DNA of 64,000 nucleotides from Eledone cirrhosa (Eukaryota). Below the pieces are notes generated by a model. That model did not search any database. It saw only the letters and a list, made by a program, of their open reading frames with translations, and was not told the origin of the DNA. Position numbers and translations under genes: made by a program. The first letter of the stretch is position 1. Each line of letters opens with the position of its first letter. Location: contig OZ024741.1 of NCBI GenBank assembly GCA_964016885.1, positions 276,520,001 to 276,584,000 of the forward strand. The letters run 5' to 3'. Shown one piece after another: positions 63,753 through 64,000 of this stretch.

Positions 63753-64000
63753 GTAAGTAACCATGACAATTTTGGCACCTTTCTTTCTTTCTTTCTCTCT
63801 TTTTTTCTCTCTCTTTTTTTTTTTTTTTTTTTTTTATTTGCAGGCGAAAATAAATTGAGTATCTGAGTTGTCATCTATTTTTAACTAGTAGGATGCTATT
63901 TGAGGGAAACTTGGATGCTATTTCTAGTGAGTCAATAGATTGTATAGAAGCTCCCTTGTTGGCTTGTAGTGGTGGTGGTGGTATTTGTGATATTGGTGAA

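Overview
This is AT-rich, repeat-dense eukaryotic DNA. The SINE/RTE/microsatellite landscape looks like a coleoid cephalopod such as Octopus (inference). The only host gene I can support is the 5' part of a spliced + strand MGAT1/GnT-I (GT13) gene. It has five coding exons (18012-18107, 21799-21916, 55845-56046, 61717-61825, 63614-63752), all with GT-AG ends and compatible phases. They encode 221 aa and stop at the E of the EDD motif; the rest of the gene lies beyond the window. Everything else is intronic or upstream: RTE-clade LINE fragments, a REL-endonuclease LINE relic, several tRNA-derived SINE families, MITEs (piggyBac, mariner, Tigger and hAT types), large minisatellites and long palindromes. 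Nearly all ORFs in the supplied track are microsatellite artefacts. I found no convincing new protein-coding system. The best leads are at the RNA or repeat level: two CpG-decayed minimal hammerhead ribozyme motifs; a ~6 kb intronic array with a branch-point/QKI-like CACTAAC plus AG (often AG|GT) in every unit; a satellite built from a SINE tRNA head; an inverted duplication bracketing exon 3; duplicated exon-1 splice donors; a possible poison acceptor at the EDD motif; and RTE insertions sitting in (TA)n tracts.
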